Below, piece after piece: positions 23,962-37,024 of a stretch of DNA of 64,000 nt (its first letter is position 1; each line of letters begins with the position of its first letter). Origin of the DNA: Squalus acanthias (lineage: Eukaryota). The position numbers and the translations under genes are program-made. The notes below the pieces were generated by a model. The model saw only the letters and a program-made list of their open reading frames with translations, was not told the origin of the DNA and did not search any database. The stretch is taken from contig CM059432.1 of NCBI GenBank assembly GCA_030390025.1, positions 15,998,001-16,062,000 of the forward strand. The letters are read 5' to 3'.

Positions 23962-25455
23962 ACAGGAACAGGAGGAGGCCATTCAGCCCCTCAAGCCTAT
24001 TCCGCCATTCAATTAGATCACAGCTGATCTGTATCTTAACTTCATCTACCCTTGCTTCTGTAACCAAATTAAATTATCAAGGAACAAAAAACAAAATAGT
24101 AAAATATTTTATAGGCACATCAATAAAAAAAAGGTTGGGATGGGAATAGGGCCATTGAGGGAGAGTCAGGATAATACCACAGGTAACGAGAGAGAGAGAT
24201 GGCAGAAATATTAAATAATTATTTTGCTTCGGTATTTACCAGGGAGATAGAACAGGTGGACATGACATTGGATGATGAGATTAGTAATGAGATAAGTGCA
24301 TTTAAAATTTAAAAAGGGATATATTAAATAAATTAATCAAACTCAAAGAGGTTAAAACCCCTGGTTCGGATGGATTGTATCCATGCATTTTAAAAGAATC
24401 TAGGGAAGAGATAGCAGAGGCATTACTACACATATTTAATAATTCGTTAGATAAAGGTGTAGTGCCAGAGGACTGGCGGATTTTTAACGTAATACCTATA
24501 TTTAAGAAGGGGGATAGAACATGTCCAGGGAATTACAGACCAGTCAGCTTAACATCGGTGGTAGGAAAAATGATGGAATTCCTACTAAAGGTGAAAATAG
24601 AAGAATATCTAGAAATCAAAAATATAGTAATGAATAGTCAGCATGGATTTCAAAAGGGAAAGTCTTGCTTGAGCAACCTTATTGATTTTTTTTGAAGAGG
24701 CAACAGAAAGAGAGTAGACAAGGCTAATGCAGTAGATGTAATTTATCTGGATTTTCAAAAGTCACCAAGAAGTCCAATAGAGAATTCAGAAGAAACTTCT
24801 TTACCCAAAGAGTGGTGAGAATGTGGGACTCGCTACCACAGGGAGTGGTTCAAGCGAATAGTATAGATGCATTTAAGGGGAGGCCAGACAAGCATATGAG
24901 GGAAAAGGGAATAGAGGGTTATGCTGATGGATTTAGGTGAGGAAAGACAGGAGGAGGCTCGAGTGGAGCATAAACGCCGGCATGGACTGGTTGGGCCGAA
25001 TGGCCTGTTGCTGTACCGTATATCCTATATAACCCTTAATACCCTTGCCTAACTAAAATCTATCAATCTCAGTTTTCACATTTTCAGGTTGACCTGGCCT
25101 AGACAGCATTATAGGGGAGAGTTTTCCAAATTTCCACCACCCTTTGTGTAAAGAAGTGCTTTCTGACATCACCCCTGAATGGCCTAGCTCTAGTATGCCC
25201 CTTTTTCTGGACTCTCCCACTCTCTCTATCTTGCCTATCAAATCCTTTAATCATCTCAATTAGATCACCCCTTAACCTTCTATATTCAAGGGAATACAAG
25301 TCTAGTCTATGCAACCTGTCCTCAAAATGTAACTTTTTAGCCCCAGTATCATTGATGAATCTGTGTTGCACTCCTTCCAAGGGCAACATATCTTTCCTGA
25401 GGCGTGGTGCCCAGAACTGGATGTAGTTCTCCAGATGGGATCGAACCAGAACTCT
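23962..25455 (-). mobile_element. CR1 3' fragment split by an oppositely oriented CR1
   Basis: Tail at 23962-24065 resumes at about 25030 (shared taacc). ORFs 25053-25389 read LYSLEYRRLRGDLIE...FRGDVRKHFFTQRVV. Confidence 0.8.
24066..25029 (+). mobile_element. CR1 LINE fragment, RT N-terminal part joined by a deletion to the 3' UTR
   Basis: ORF 24375-24695 has VPEDWR...PIFKKGDR..PGNYRPVSLTSVVGK...SQHGF.KGKSCL.NL; the sequence jumps to the C-terminus at about 24762. Confidence 0.88.
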
Positions 25456-25819
25456 GCACAGTAGCCATCACAATCAGCGCGGCCCTCAGTTTGTGTATGA
25501 GCTCCTTCCAGGCTGGCACTGAGGTCATATGCAGTGTCAGCCAATTTGCTGCCCACTTGTATTAAGGGTGACAGATTCATTAATCAGCCCTCGCCGCTGA
25601 CCAATAGCAGAAATGGGAGAGACAGCGCCGTTCTATAGAACTTCTGGTTTTCCCAGAGCTCTCGTGATGCCATTTTTTTTTTTATTAAGACAACCATCTG
25701 TGCCACCTTTATTTGAGGGGGAAGGAAAAGCTGTAGGAGGTGTCCCAGACACCAAGGTTACCCTCTGCAGACATGGCTCGTGACACTCAGGTGCCAGCCA
25801 CACACAGAAATACATTAAA

Positions 25820-26180
25820 AAGTTACAACACGGAAACAGGCCATTTGGCCCAACCAGTCTGGGTCGGTGTTTACAACCCATGTGAGCAAACAGTTCTAAT
25901 CATATTTATCCACCCTGTTCCTTCAACCCCTTTTCCATCATCCAGCTCTCCAATCTAATCTTGACTGTTGACATGTTTTCTGTCTCAACCATAACCTTGG
26001 AAGTGAATTCCACAGCCTGACAACTCTGTGTGAAGAAGTTTCTCCTACCCTCGGTTTTAAATTTCTTACTTTTAACCTTATATTGATGGTCCTTCATTTT
26101 AGACTCCTTAATGACTGGAAACAGTCTGTCTCTAACTAACCTGAGCCACCCTTTCATAATTTTAAACACTTCCACCATAT
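25820..26180 (-). mobile_element. CR1 3' fragment
   Basis: ORF 25906-26178: VEVFKIMKG...DRLFP...RRNFFTQ. Confidence 0.8.
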
Positions 26181-26244
26181 CTGTGCAAGCCTTTTATTTA
26201 AAATCTACAATGGCTTTGATTGGCCTGCTTTGACATGACATAGA

Positions 26245-26602
26245 CACATAGAAAAATAGGAGCAGGAGTAGGCCCTTCGAGCCTGCTCCGCCATTCAATA
26301 TGATCATGGCAGATCCTCTATCTCAATATGTGTGCAATTGGTAGAAGGATTAGAGGACAGTTGAGGAGAAATGTTTTCACCCAGAAGGTCGTGGGTGTCT
26401 GGAACTCATTGCCTGAAAGGGTGGTAGAGGCAGAAACCCTCATTGCATTTAAAAAGGATATGCACTTGAAGTGCTGGAACCTACAAGGCTACGGACCAAG
26501 AGCTTGAAAGTGGGAATTAGGCTGGAAAGCTCTTTTTCGGCCGACACAGACACAATGGGCCGAATGGCCTCCTTCTGTGCCGTAAATTTCCATGATTCTG
26601 TG
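26245..26602. mobile_element. Two CR1 3' tails back to back (minus 26245-26330, plus 26340-26602)
   Basis: ggagcaggagtaggcc..gagcctgctccgccattcaa and ttcacccagaaggtcgtg...gggccgaatggcctccttctgtg. Confidence 0.75.
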
Positions 26603-27163
26603 ACTGGAGTCCTGCTTCACGGAGGGCAATGCTCCAGCTATTTATGCAGGACAAATATTGGAAAGTACTGCTGACTGGGCGTGTCTGTCTCTCTGCTCCT
26701 GTATTAATATAGGCAAGTTTAATTTAGAGCTGGCTCACGTCCAATTAACATAAAATGTTAAACTCTTTGGGCGTCCAGACTGGGACACACGTACATCCTT
26801 GTGGAGCCCAGTATGCCTCCCCTCACTCAGCAAGGTTTTTGTCACTCCCTCTCTCTCTCTCTCCCTCCATCTCTTTCTCCCAGCCACCACAAGTATGCCA
26901 GGTACCCCTTCCAGGCTCAGGAGCGGGAACATCCAGTGTAAGGAATCCCTGTCCCGGACTCCACCCCTGGCTATCATTTTCAGACGCGGAGGTTCAGTCT
27001 CCTACAAAGCAGCCAGGTCTCGGCCATTTTCCTTGGGGTGCGAGAGGGGTGGGGGTTCCCACTGGTACCCTGCTGGAGTTACCGTAGAAAAAACGCAGAA
27101 CCCTCATGGAATTTGGACCCCATTTTCTTTTCTCTCTAATCTCTGCTCCAGCAACGTCTGGTG

Positions 27164-27261
27164 GCCTGTGGATGCAGGCCCACTCGTGCGTGGGACAGCG
27201 CATCTTCTGAGAGCCTGTGGATGCAGGCCCACTTGTGCGTGGGACAGCGCATCTTCTGAGA
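27164..27261. repeat. 49-bp tandem duplication (2 copies, 1 mismatch)
   Basis: gcctgtggatgcaggcccactYgtgcgtgggacagcgcatcttctgaga twice. Confidence 0.9.
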
Positions 27262-27994
27262 GCCAGAGGGCAGTGGGTGTGAAGAGGTGGGCGGCAAGAA
27301 GCCCCCAGGTCAGATGTGTTGCTCCTGCTATTTTACATCAGACCAATGGCCATTGTCATGCCAAGTGGAGCGCAGGTCTCTTCCAGAGGGAGGAAAGTTT
27401 AAATTAGAGGAGAGAGTTATCTAATGTCCGGGAAACCAGTTATACAACATCATGGCAAAAGCGTGCGATGATCCTCTTTACTGGAAAACTATACATAACA
27501 CGGGGAATCTGCAGGAAAATACAATCGATAGCTATCAAAGGTACATTATGGCATGACATTTCCAAAATTAAAATTAGATTGACAGCAATTTTAGTTTCAT
27601 GCACCAAGTCACTGGTGGAAACGTAATACACGTACGTACTCATTCAGTCGTTCTGGCATTCCCTACTCGTTTGAATATTTCAGCTGAATAAATGCAAATA
27701 TTTTCTGCCTTTTAAACCTGTACCACTTTCTCTCCAATTTTCTCGCTTCCTTTTCTGAAAGCAAGTATTATGCTGAGCTATAGTGCTACAAATACCAGCG
27801 GCCCTACACGCTCCTTGCTGAAAGGTTGTGAACCTGGTTAATATATTTTTTGGCAGGCCATCTGATCGCACGGGGGCCCAAGAGTTCCCTCGGTCCCAAG
27901 AGGAAAAAATATATAAAGAAATAAAGAGGCCGAGGTACTGCATCCCCTGTATTTCTTTATATATTTTTTCCCTCTTGTTTTCTCACATGGTAGC

Positions 27995-28345
27995 GGTTAA
28001 TGATGCTGCCATCATCATGCACACCTCATCTAGAGTCATCTTTTGTTTCTTAACTTGTCCCATTACCATCTCCTTTTGCCTCGCACCATCATCCCTTTTG
28101 TCTCTTAATCTCTCCTGTCTTCCATCCTATCACAGACCTTCCCTTTGTTCTTTCCTCCCCTCCTCCCTGCCCCTGCTTAAAAATCTCTATTCTCTAACCT
28201 TTTCCAGTTCTGACGAAGGGTCCCCGACTCGAAATGTTGACTCTGTTTCTCTCTCCACGGATGCTGCCTGGCCTGCTGAGTGTTTCCAGCATTTTCTGTT
28301 GTTATTTCAGATTTCCAGCATCCGCAGTCTTTTGCTATTGTGCTA
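27995..28345 (+). mobile_element. Penelope-like pseudo-LTR fragment
   Basis: Shares ...ctctgtttctctctccacggatgctgcctg..ctgctgag..ttccagcattttctg.. with the other copies; hammerhead core at 28206. Confidence 0.75.
28206..28242 (+). ncRNA. Minimal hammerhead ribozyme motif (antisense to the host gene)
   Basis: AGUU-CUGACGA-a-GGGUC-ccc-GACUC-GAAA-UG-UU-GACU. Confidence 0.6.
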
Positions 28346-29917
28346 AAGAGGACACATCCTGGACTTCCAGGATAGCACAATCGAATGCTTAGCGATCATT
28401 AAAGGCAATGGCATTGTTCTGCAATTGATGAGAGTTCCTTGACATCAAAGAGTGATCCTAAATGTATGATACAATACTAAAAGCAGTTCACAGGAAATAG
28501 TTCCCATTATCATTCCCCAGTGGGGACGATATCTGGGTGATGTAGAAAGACACGCATCAGATTTCCTCCTACACTGCACCACCCACACACATTGTCGCTG
28601 TAGCTCTTTGCTTTTCTCCGATTCTGTTTGCTGTGTTTTCCTTGCTGCCCCATCTCTCCCATTTCTCTTGCTGGACCTCTTTGCCGTTACTGTGGCTGCT
28701 CTCTCCCTCCTGCTTCGCTTATTGCCCCTTATCGCTCTTCGTGTCCAGGCTGCTCCCTTCCCTTCAATGCTCTTGCTGCCTCCTTTATTAATGCTCTCGT
28801 TGTCCCCTCTGCCTTACTGTTCTTGCTGCCTTTCCCTCTCATTTCTCGTGCCCACTTTATCAGGAAACAGCTGACCACTGCTCAGAAACATCATTAATAT
28901 GCAATGCAACAGGACTCAGAATGATCTTTTAAGTAACTGGACAGTTGCAGTCGTGTGTCTCTAGTATTCGAGCAATGACCGTGGCAACATTGAAGGGAGC
29001 AGAATTCATGGTAGATGTGTGAGTTGAGGACCATGCAGGCCAATACATGACAGACATTGTTTACCACAAGCCTCATATAACCACCTTCCTGGAGAGTTCT
29101 CCTGTTGATCTCTCTGACGTTATCAATTGTTCCATCTCTCGCATCTTGCCCCGACACTGGATCAGAGCTTTGGCTCAAAGCCTTTCACCCCTTCTGTCAA
29201 TTCAGAATGCCATTGCCCTCTGTCGGTGGCCGGGGTTTCCCAAGAGTCATCTACCATGTTGCACTGCGTCAAGTGAATCTTCACGGTGTCCCTGTAGTAC
29301 CTTTGTTGTCTGCCCTGCTTTCATCTGCCATCCACCAGTTCTCCATAAAGCACCTGCTCCATTCTAACATGACCAGCCCAATGGAACGGAGCATTGATTA
29401 TTTTTTTTATTCCTGGGATGTGGGTGTCACTGGTGATGCCAGCATGTATTGTTCATCCCTAATTGCCCTTGAGAAGGTGGTGGTGAGCCGTCTTCTTCAA
29501 CCGCTGCAGTCCGTGTGGTGAAGGTACTCCCACAGTGCTGTTAGGTAGAGTGTTCCAGGATTTTGATCCAGTGACGATAAAGGAACGGTGATATTTTTCC
29601 AAGTCAGGATGGTATGTAACTTGGAGGGGAACTTGCAGGTGGTGTTCCCACGCGCTTGCTGCCCTTGTCCTTCTAGGTGGTAGAAGTCACGGTGGGTTTG
29701 GGAGGTGCTGTCAAAGAAGCATTGGCGAGTTGCTGCAGTGCATCTTGTATATGGTACACACTGCAGCCACAGTGGTGGAGGGAGTGAATATTTAAGGTGG
29801 TGAATGAGGGGCCAATCAAGCGGGCTGCTTTGTCCTGGATGGTGTCGAGCTTCTTGAGTGTTGTTGGAGCTGCACTCATCCAGGCAAGTGGAGAGTATTC
29901 CATTACACTCCTTACTT

Positions 29918-32419
29918 CATAGAATGGTTACAGCACGGAAGGCGGCCATTCGGCCCGTCGAGCCCGTGCTGGCTCTCTGCAAGAGAACTTCAGCTAGTCC
30001 CACTCCCCCACCCTTTCCCCATAGCCCTGCAAATTTCTTTCCTTCAGATACTTATCCAACTCCCTTTTGAAAGCGGTGATTGAATCTGCCTCCACCATCC
30101 TTTCAGGCAGTGAATTCCAGATCTTAACCACTCGCTGCGTAACAAAGATTTTTCTTACGTCGCCTTTGGTTCTTTTGCCGATCACCTTAAATCTGTGTCC
30201 TCTGGTTCTCAACCTTTCTGCCAATGGGAACAGTTTCTCTCTATCTACTCTCTCCAGACCCCTCATGATTTTGAGCACCTCTATCAAATCTCCTCTCAAT
30301 CTTCTCTGCTCCAAGGAAAACAACCTCAGCTTCTCCAGTCTATCAACGTAACTGAAGCCCCTCATTCCTGGAATCATTCTCGTAAATCTTTTCTGCACCC
30401 TCTCTAAGGCCTTCACATCCTTCCTAAAGTGTGGTGCCCAGAATTGGACACAATACTCCAGTTGAGGCCAAAATAGTGTTTTATACAAGTTCATCATAAT
30501 TTCCACACTTTTGTACTCTATCCCTCTATTTATGAAGCCCAGGATCCCGTAAGCCTTTTTAACTGCTTTCTCAACCTGCCCTGCCACTTTCAACGATTTG
30601 TGCACGCATACCCCCAGGACTCTCTGTTCATACACCCACTTCAGGATTGTACCATTTAGTTTATATGTCCTCTCCTCATTCTTTCTACCAAAATGTATCA
30701 CTTCACACTTTTCTGCATTAAATTTCATCTGCCACGTGTCCGCCCATTTCACCTGCCTGTCTATGTCTTCCTAAAGTCTATCACTCTCCTCCTCACTGTT
30801 CACTATGCTTCCAAGTTTTGTGTCATCTGCAAATTTTGAAATTGTGCCCTGTACACCCACGTCCAAGTCATTAATATATATCAAGAAAAGCAGTGGTCCT
30901 AGTACCAACCCCTGGGAAACACCACTGTATACCTACCTCCAGTCCAAAACACAACCGTTCACCACTACTCTCTGTTCCCTATCACTTAGCCAATTCCATA
31001 TCTATGCTGCCACTGTCCCTTTTATTCCATGGGCTTCAACTTTGCTGGCAAACCTATTATGTGGCACTTTGTCGAACGCCTTTTGGAAATCCATGTACAC
31101 TACGTCAACCGCATTACCCTCATCACCCTCTCTGTTACCTCATCAAAGAACTCAATCAAGTTAGTTAAACACGATTTGCCTTTAACAAATCCGTGCTGGC
31201 TTTCCTTAATTAATCCACACTTCTCCAAGTGACTGTTAATTTTGTGCCTGATTACTGTTTCTAAAAGCTTCCCCACTATCGAAGTCAAACTGACTGGCCT
31301 GTAGTTGCTGGGTTTATTTTTACACCCTTTTTTGAACAATGGTGTAACATTTGCAATTCTCCAGTCCTCTGGCACCACCCCTGTATCCAAGAAGGATTGG
31401 AATATTATGGCCAGTACCTCCGCGATTACATAAGAACATAAGAAATAGGAGCAGGAGTAGGCCATTCGGCCCTTCGAACCTGCTCCGCCATTCAATGAGA
31501 TCATGGCTGATCTTCTGCCTCAACTCCATTCACCGGCCCAATCGCCACATCCCTTGATGCCCTTACTAGTCAGAAATCTATCGACTTCTGTTTTGAATAT
31601 ACCCAATGACTGAGCCTCCACAGCCCTCTGGGGTAGAGAATTCTAAAGATTTTCACCCTCAATTCCCTCAGCATCCTAGGATGCATCCCATCCGCTCCTG
31701 GTGACTTACCTACTCAAGTACAGCCAGCCTTTCTAATACCTCTTCTTTATCAATTTTTATCCCATCAAGTATCTCCACTACCTCCTCCTTTACTATATCT
31801 ATGGCAGCATCTTCTTCCTTGGTGAAGACAGATGCAAAGTACTCGTTTAGTACCTCAGCCATACCCTCTGCCTCCATTACAGTTTTGCCTGCCAATCTTT
31901 GATTCCAGTTTACCTGGGCCAGATCCGTTCTCATCCCACTGAAATTGGCCTTCCCCCAGTTAATATTTTTACTCTAGATTGCTCCCTGTTCTTTTCCACA
32001 GCTAATCCAAACTTTATGATACTATGATCACTGTTCCCTAAATGTTCACCTACTGACACTTGCTCCACCTCATTCCCCAGACCAGATCCAGCAATGCCTC
32101 CGCCCTCGTCGGGTCGGTAACAGACTGATCAAGAAAGTTCTCCTGAACACACTTCAGAAATTCTTCCCCTTCTCTGCCCTTTACACTATTACGATCATAG
32201 TCTATATTAGGATAGTTGAAGTCCCCCATTATTACTACTCTATAGTTCTTGCACCTCTCTGTAATTTCTCTGCAACTTTGCTCCTCCATATCTTTCCCAC
32301 TATTTGGTGGTCTATAGAATACACCTAGTAGTTTAATGTCAGCTCTATTATTTCTTAACTCTAGCCAAATAGATTCTGTCGTTGACCCCTCTAGGACATC
32401 CTCTCTCTCCAGCACTGTA
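29918..32419 (-). mobile_element. CR1 LINE, 2.5 kb, endonuclease to RT to 3' UTR, frameshifted and deleted
   Basis: APE motifs (GVFYRPP, MGDFNYP; 32050-32418), RT motifs (NYRPVSLTS, SQHGF, KFADDTK at about 30811-30836) and a 252-aa C-terminal ORF at 29994-30752. Confidence 0.93.
31428..31651 (-). mobile_element. CR1 3' tail nested inside the larger CR1
   Basis: acataagaacataagaaataggagcaggagtaggcc..., closely similar to the 53065 element; gatt at both junctions. Confidence 0.8.
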
Positions 32420-32716
32420 ACTTGTGCCTTGTAGATGGTGGAAAGGCTTTGGGGAATCAGGAGGTGAGACACTCACTGCAGAATACCCAGCCTCTGATCT
32501 GCTCTTGTGGCCACATTTTTTATGTGGCTGGTCCAGTTAAGTTTCTGGTCAATGGTGACCCCCAGGATGTTGATGGTGGGGGATCCAGCGATGGTAATGC
32601 CATTGAATGTCAAGGGGCGATGGTTAGACTCTCGCTTGTTGGAGATAGTCATTGCCTGGCACTTGTGTGGTGCGAATGTTACTTGCCAATATCAGTGACC
32701 AGATTATCATGGACTC

Positions 32717-33035
32717 GATGCTGGCATTGTCAGCACATTCAGATGAGACGTTAAACCAAGACTCCATATGCCTTCTCAGGTGGATGTAAAAGATCCATGG
32801 CACTATTTTGAAAAAGAGCAGTGGAGTTCTCCCCAGTGTCTTGGCCAACATTTATCCCTCAACCAACATCACTGAAACAGATTATCTGGTCAATATCTCA
32901 TTGCTACTTGCGGATCCTTGCTGTGCGCAAATTGGCTACCGTGTTTCTTACAATACAAGAGTGACTACACTTCAAAAAGTACTTAATTGTCTGTAAAGCG
33001 CGTTGGGCCATCCATGGCTCTATGTAAATGCAAGA
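32717..33035 (+). mobile_element. DeuSINE, older and 5'-truncated
   Basis: Diverged Deu-domain and tail. Confidence 0.75.
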
Positions 33036-34242
33036 GTTTAAATTTCTTTCATTTTCATTTACAAGATGGGAAAGTGGCCTAGCACGAGGCCTGCCTGTCC
33101 GGGAGTGGCAGAAGGAGGCCCAGCCAATTCTAATGGCCAGGCTTCCTTAACAGAAAGTCGGGTGGCCCAGAGGCTGCCCGCTGAGAATGGTCAGTGGTTT
33201 GGCAAATGGGAGTGGGGGGGCAAACACATCCAGGAAGCCTAAACTGCCCTTGTGGGGCCTGGCGGAGCATTCCTGGTTGTTGCTGTTGGATTTTTCTAGT
33301 TCCTTCTGGGTTAACATGCTGATGGGGCCTTATTGACATAATAGGACCCGGATTTGCACAAACGTACGAGGAATCTGTCTTGATTCAGGCGGGCGCCTCA
33401 CATGCCTGAAAAACCAGGTGGGTAAATATTCCAACCAAACAGGAACAGAGTGGGTATTTCACCCATTCCATTTTAACTGCCTCCGCCACCCAATTTATAC
33501 CAAGTGGAGAAGTTTAAATCCAACCCTCCCCCACGCCCCCGCCACAAGTCAAAAAAAAAAATGTATTTAACCCACTAACAGGGATAGCGTGGCATACTCT
33601 GATATTTTCTATGGAATGGGAGCATCACAAAATAGGTCAAAATTCACTGTAATTGTTACTTTGTTCATTCATATATTATACGTGCAATAAATCAGCTTGT
33701 TGATTTATACTTGGCCTCATCACTAGAGTGTTCATCGGTCCACTGTTGGAAGAGATGAGAAACACACAGGGGAGCCCATGCAAGATTACATTAACTGGCT
33801 CACATAACATGTTTTTTGTTACTCCCTCCGGGTGACTAGACACTGGACAGTAAAGGTAAACTCCTGACACAAGGAGCATGGGATCCACTTACAGGAGAGA
33901 CCAATGACATTGACCCACGAGAGCATCTAGCGGAAGCCGGAAATTTTTAAAACAGTCACGACTCCCAAGGGAGTATCTTTGCTCACCGCTGCCTTTGCAA
34001 GCCACTGAGATTGCTTTGTAAGACAGTCTCCCTCTCTCACACATTTCAGACCGAATCAAACTCTGCTCTTCAGGGCAAAATGCAAGCCGGTGATTTCAAG
34101 AGACTGACAGACGCAGAACACTCAGCATCATTACAATGCAAAATGCCTTTAGTTCACTGTCTTCATGATGTTGTTATCTGTCACTCCTTAAAGCAGATAA
34201 AAGCACCAGTCTTCTAAAACAGCACATTATTGCATACTGAAA

Positions 34243-34866
34243 GGGGTCGATCTTAACTCTGTGCGCCCAGCGGAACCCGAGTGTGTAGTCAGGTATAAAC
34301 AAGCAGGTTTTTAAACTCGCTTGGTATCGACCCTTTCCCGTCGTCTCCGATGTTAACCTGCAGGCGGATGAGGCGGCCGCCTACAGCTGATGGGAGCCTC
34401 GTTAATTAATTAATACAAATTGGAGTCCTTTTTCCGCCAACAGGACCCCGATGGTATTTTGACCGAGGCCCTGAATGTGGAAGCTGCTGCAGCTCCTCCC
34501 ACCAGGCTGAAGCAGGTCAGCACCTGGTTGGTTGGAAGGACGAAGAGACCCTCCGGGCAAGTCACGGAATGTCCTTTGTGAGGCCCAAGAGAAGCCGGAA
34601 TGCTCCTCCGGGCCCCACGAGGAAAGTTGCGGCCACCCCTGCCCCAGACTACTCCACATTTCCCTCCTGTGAGGCATTCTCCAAAACACCCCACTCCACC
34701 ACTTACCCGGAAACCAGTAGTGGGGGGGGGGGGGCGCGCCTCGGTCACACGGTCTACCCCAGCCAGAGCTGCTCTGTGGGTCTTCTCGCCCTGGAAGTGG
34801 ACCGACGGCATTTAAAAATCGCCGTGGCCTCCTTCTGCCTGTGGCGGGCGGGGAGTTACAGCCCCA
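34243..34866. mobile_element. Harbinger-like non-autonomous element (a related remnant lies at about 33100-33525)
   Basis: GC-rich block with imperfect ends ggggtcgatcttaac / gttacagcccc. Confidence 0.5.
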
Positions 34867-35721
34867 AAATACTTCACAACTAATGAATTACTTTTGAAGT
34901 ACGCTCACTTTCATTGGCTTGTGCACTCTTTAGCCAACGGTATTGTCGGCCGGCTGTAATCCTAATTTTACTTCCAATCCCTTTGTTTTATCGATGAACG
35001 CAATGAGGTCGGGGGGGGGAGTGGGGGGGATTCAAAAGGAATAAAACCATTTGCTTTAAATTGTTGCTGCAACACTCAGAAATTCCAGCTGCAGTATATG
35101 GAGCTGACCAGGGTAGCTCATTGAGTGGACCAGAGCTCGCCATACACAATTAATTAGGGGACAAATCGTATAAAGTTTGGCAGAAATGGTCCCTGCACAG
35201 TAGGTCGGGCAGCTCGCCTCATGAAGTGGTTCAGTAATATAACCCGAGGTTCCAGAGCAGCAGAATCCAACGCCTTTACACCAGTTACTTCCAAGTCATT
35301 ATTTGAACATTTTATTTTTTTGGTTGCCTTGGGCCTTCTCCCAATGATTTGGGGGTGGGGGGGGGTGGCGGGAGGGGAGCTGCATACAGACCAAGACAGT
35401 GAAAACCGTATCAACGTGCTTTGCCAGCCCTTAAATCCACCACTGTCCAGACAAGATGAAAGCTTCGGACTCAATTGATGCCGTGGATATTGATGTGCGA
35501 AGCAGTGCTGCCCCCAGGAGGTGCTGGAGGCAACCTACATGCTACATTACTCACGGGGCAGTGTTGCCGCCAAGGCGAGGATACCATCGGTGACAGCTTT
35601 AGAAAGTAAATGAAACCGACACACCTCCACTAGAACAGATCAGAAATGAAGAGGTATTGATTAGTCTTGGCCAATAGCGAATCAGCAGCCCGTTTCACCC
35701 TCCGCCCGATTTTCTTTAGAA

Positions 35722-36220
35722 GCATAGAAGATAGGAGCAGGAGTAGGCCATTTGGCCCCTCGAGCCTGCTCCGCCATTTAATGAGATCATGGCTGATCAT
35801 CCAAATTCAGTACCCTGTCCCTGCTTTCTCCCCATATCCCTTGATCCCTTTAGCCTTAAGAAATATATCTAACTCCTTCTTGAATCTATTTAATGAATTG
35901 GCCTCAACTGCCTTCTGTGGTAGAGAATTCCACAGGTTCACTACTCTCTGGGTGAAGAAATTCCTCCTCATCTCAGTCCTAAATGGCTTACCCCTTATCC
36001 TTAGACTGTGACCCCTGGTTCTGGACTCCCCCACCATCGGGAACATCCTTCCTGCATCTAGTCTGTCTAGTCCTGTTAGAATTTTATAAGTTTCAATGAG
36101 ATCCCCTCTCATTCTTCTAAACTCCAGCGAATATAAGCCTAATCGACCCAATCTCTCTTCATACGTCATTCCTGCCATCCCAGGTATCAGTCTGGTAAGT
36201 CTTCGCTGCACTCCCTCCAT
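35722..36220 (-). mobile_element. CR1 3' fragment
   Basis: ORF 35807-36247: EGVQRRLTRLIPGM...LYSLEFRRMRGDLIETYKIL. Confidence 0.9.
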
Positions 36221-36611
36221 CAAAGTCTGTTTTGCATAACAGCCCAAGACTAATTTACAACCCGAACACTGTTGGACTGACCCATTAGGCTTTACTGGCT
36301 CGTCACCACAAATAGGATGGCACAGTTACCAGTCATTACTTAAAAACCAAGCAGAAGAAAGAAATCTGGGCCTGATGTGGTCGTCACAGTAACGCTTCCA
36401 GTTCCAAAATCCAATGGTCATCCTTCCCTGTGGAGAGTTCCTCCAGTCCTCGGATCACACCAGTTCTCTAAGTTTCTGTTCAGGAATCCTGGCAGGACGC
36501 CACATTGTTGTGTCACCTCACTCCTCAGAGGGAAGCTCACAGAACATGATCACACCCTTATTGCAAGCTCATCAAACCTCACGGGTTAGTCATGAGAATC
36601 TTTCATTGCAT

Positions 36612-36968
36612 TATGGTATGATACAGCACAGAAGGAGGCCATTCGGCCCATCTTTGTTAGAGCTATCCAACTAGTCCCACTCCCCTGCTCTTTCCCCATA
36701 GCCCTGTAATTCTTTTTTCCTTTCAAGTATTTATTCTATTCCCTTTTGAAAGTTACTATTGAATCTGTTTCCACTGCCCTTTCAGGCAGTGAATTCCAGA
36801 TCACAACAACTCGCTGTGTAAAAAAATGTTTCCTCATGTTGCCTCTGGTTCTTTTGCAAATCACCTTAAATCTGTGTCCTCTGGCTACCAACCCTTCTGC
36901 CACTGGAAACAGTTTCTCCTTATTTACTCTATTAAAACTGTTCATAATTTTGAACATCTCTATCAAAT
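36612..36968 (-). mobile_element. CR1 3' fragment
   Basis: ORF 36736-36966: ...RGHRFKVI...HFFTQRVV.IWNSLP. Confidence 0.88.
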
Positions 36969-37024
36969 ATACATTTCAGCCCAGTTTCGTTCTGTTTCAT
37001 CCCCTCCTCTTCTAAAAGGCCCTT

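Larger units (their letters stand above)
29400..32692 (-). mobile_element. LINE family B fragment (29400-29917 and 32420-32692) split by a CR1 insertion
   Basis: ...STIYKAQV at 32420 continues as ..VMEYSPLAWMSAAPTTLKKLDTIQDKAARLI at 29917; actt occurs at both junctions. Confidence 0.85.

Noticed and set aside
26799..27407. 202-aa plus-strand ORF
   Set aside because: Non-ATG start, spans a CT microsatellite and a 49-bp duplication, no recognisable domain.
28580..28897. Hydrophobic Leu-rich ORFs resembling a membrane protein
   Set aside because: Product of a pyrimidine-skewed low-complexity tract; the opposite strand has stops.
29994..30752. 252-aa ORF as an active reverse transcriptase
   Set aside because: Only the CR1 ORF2 C-terminus; upstream RT is frameshifted, deleted and interrupted.
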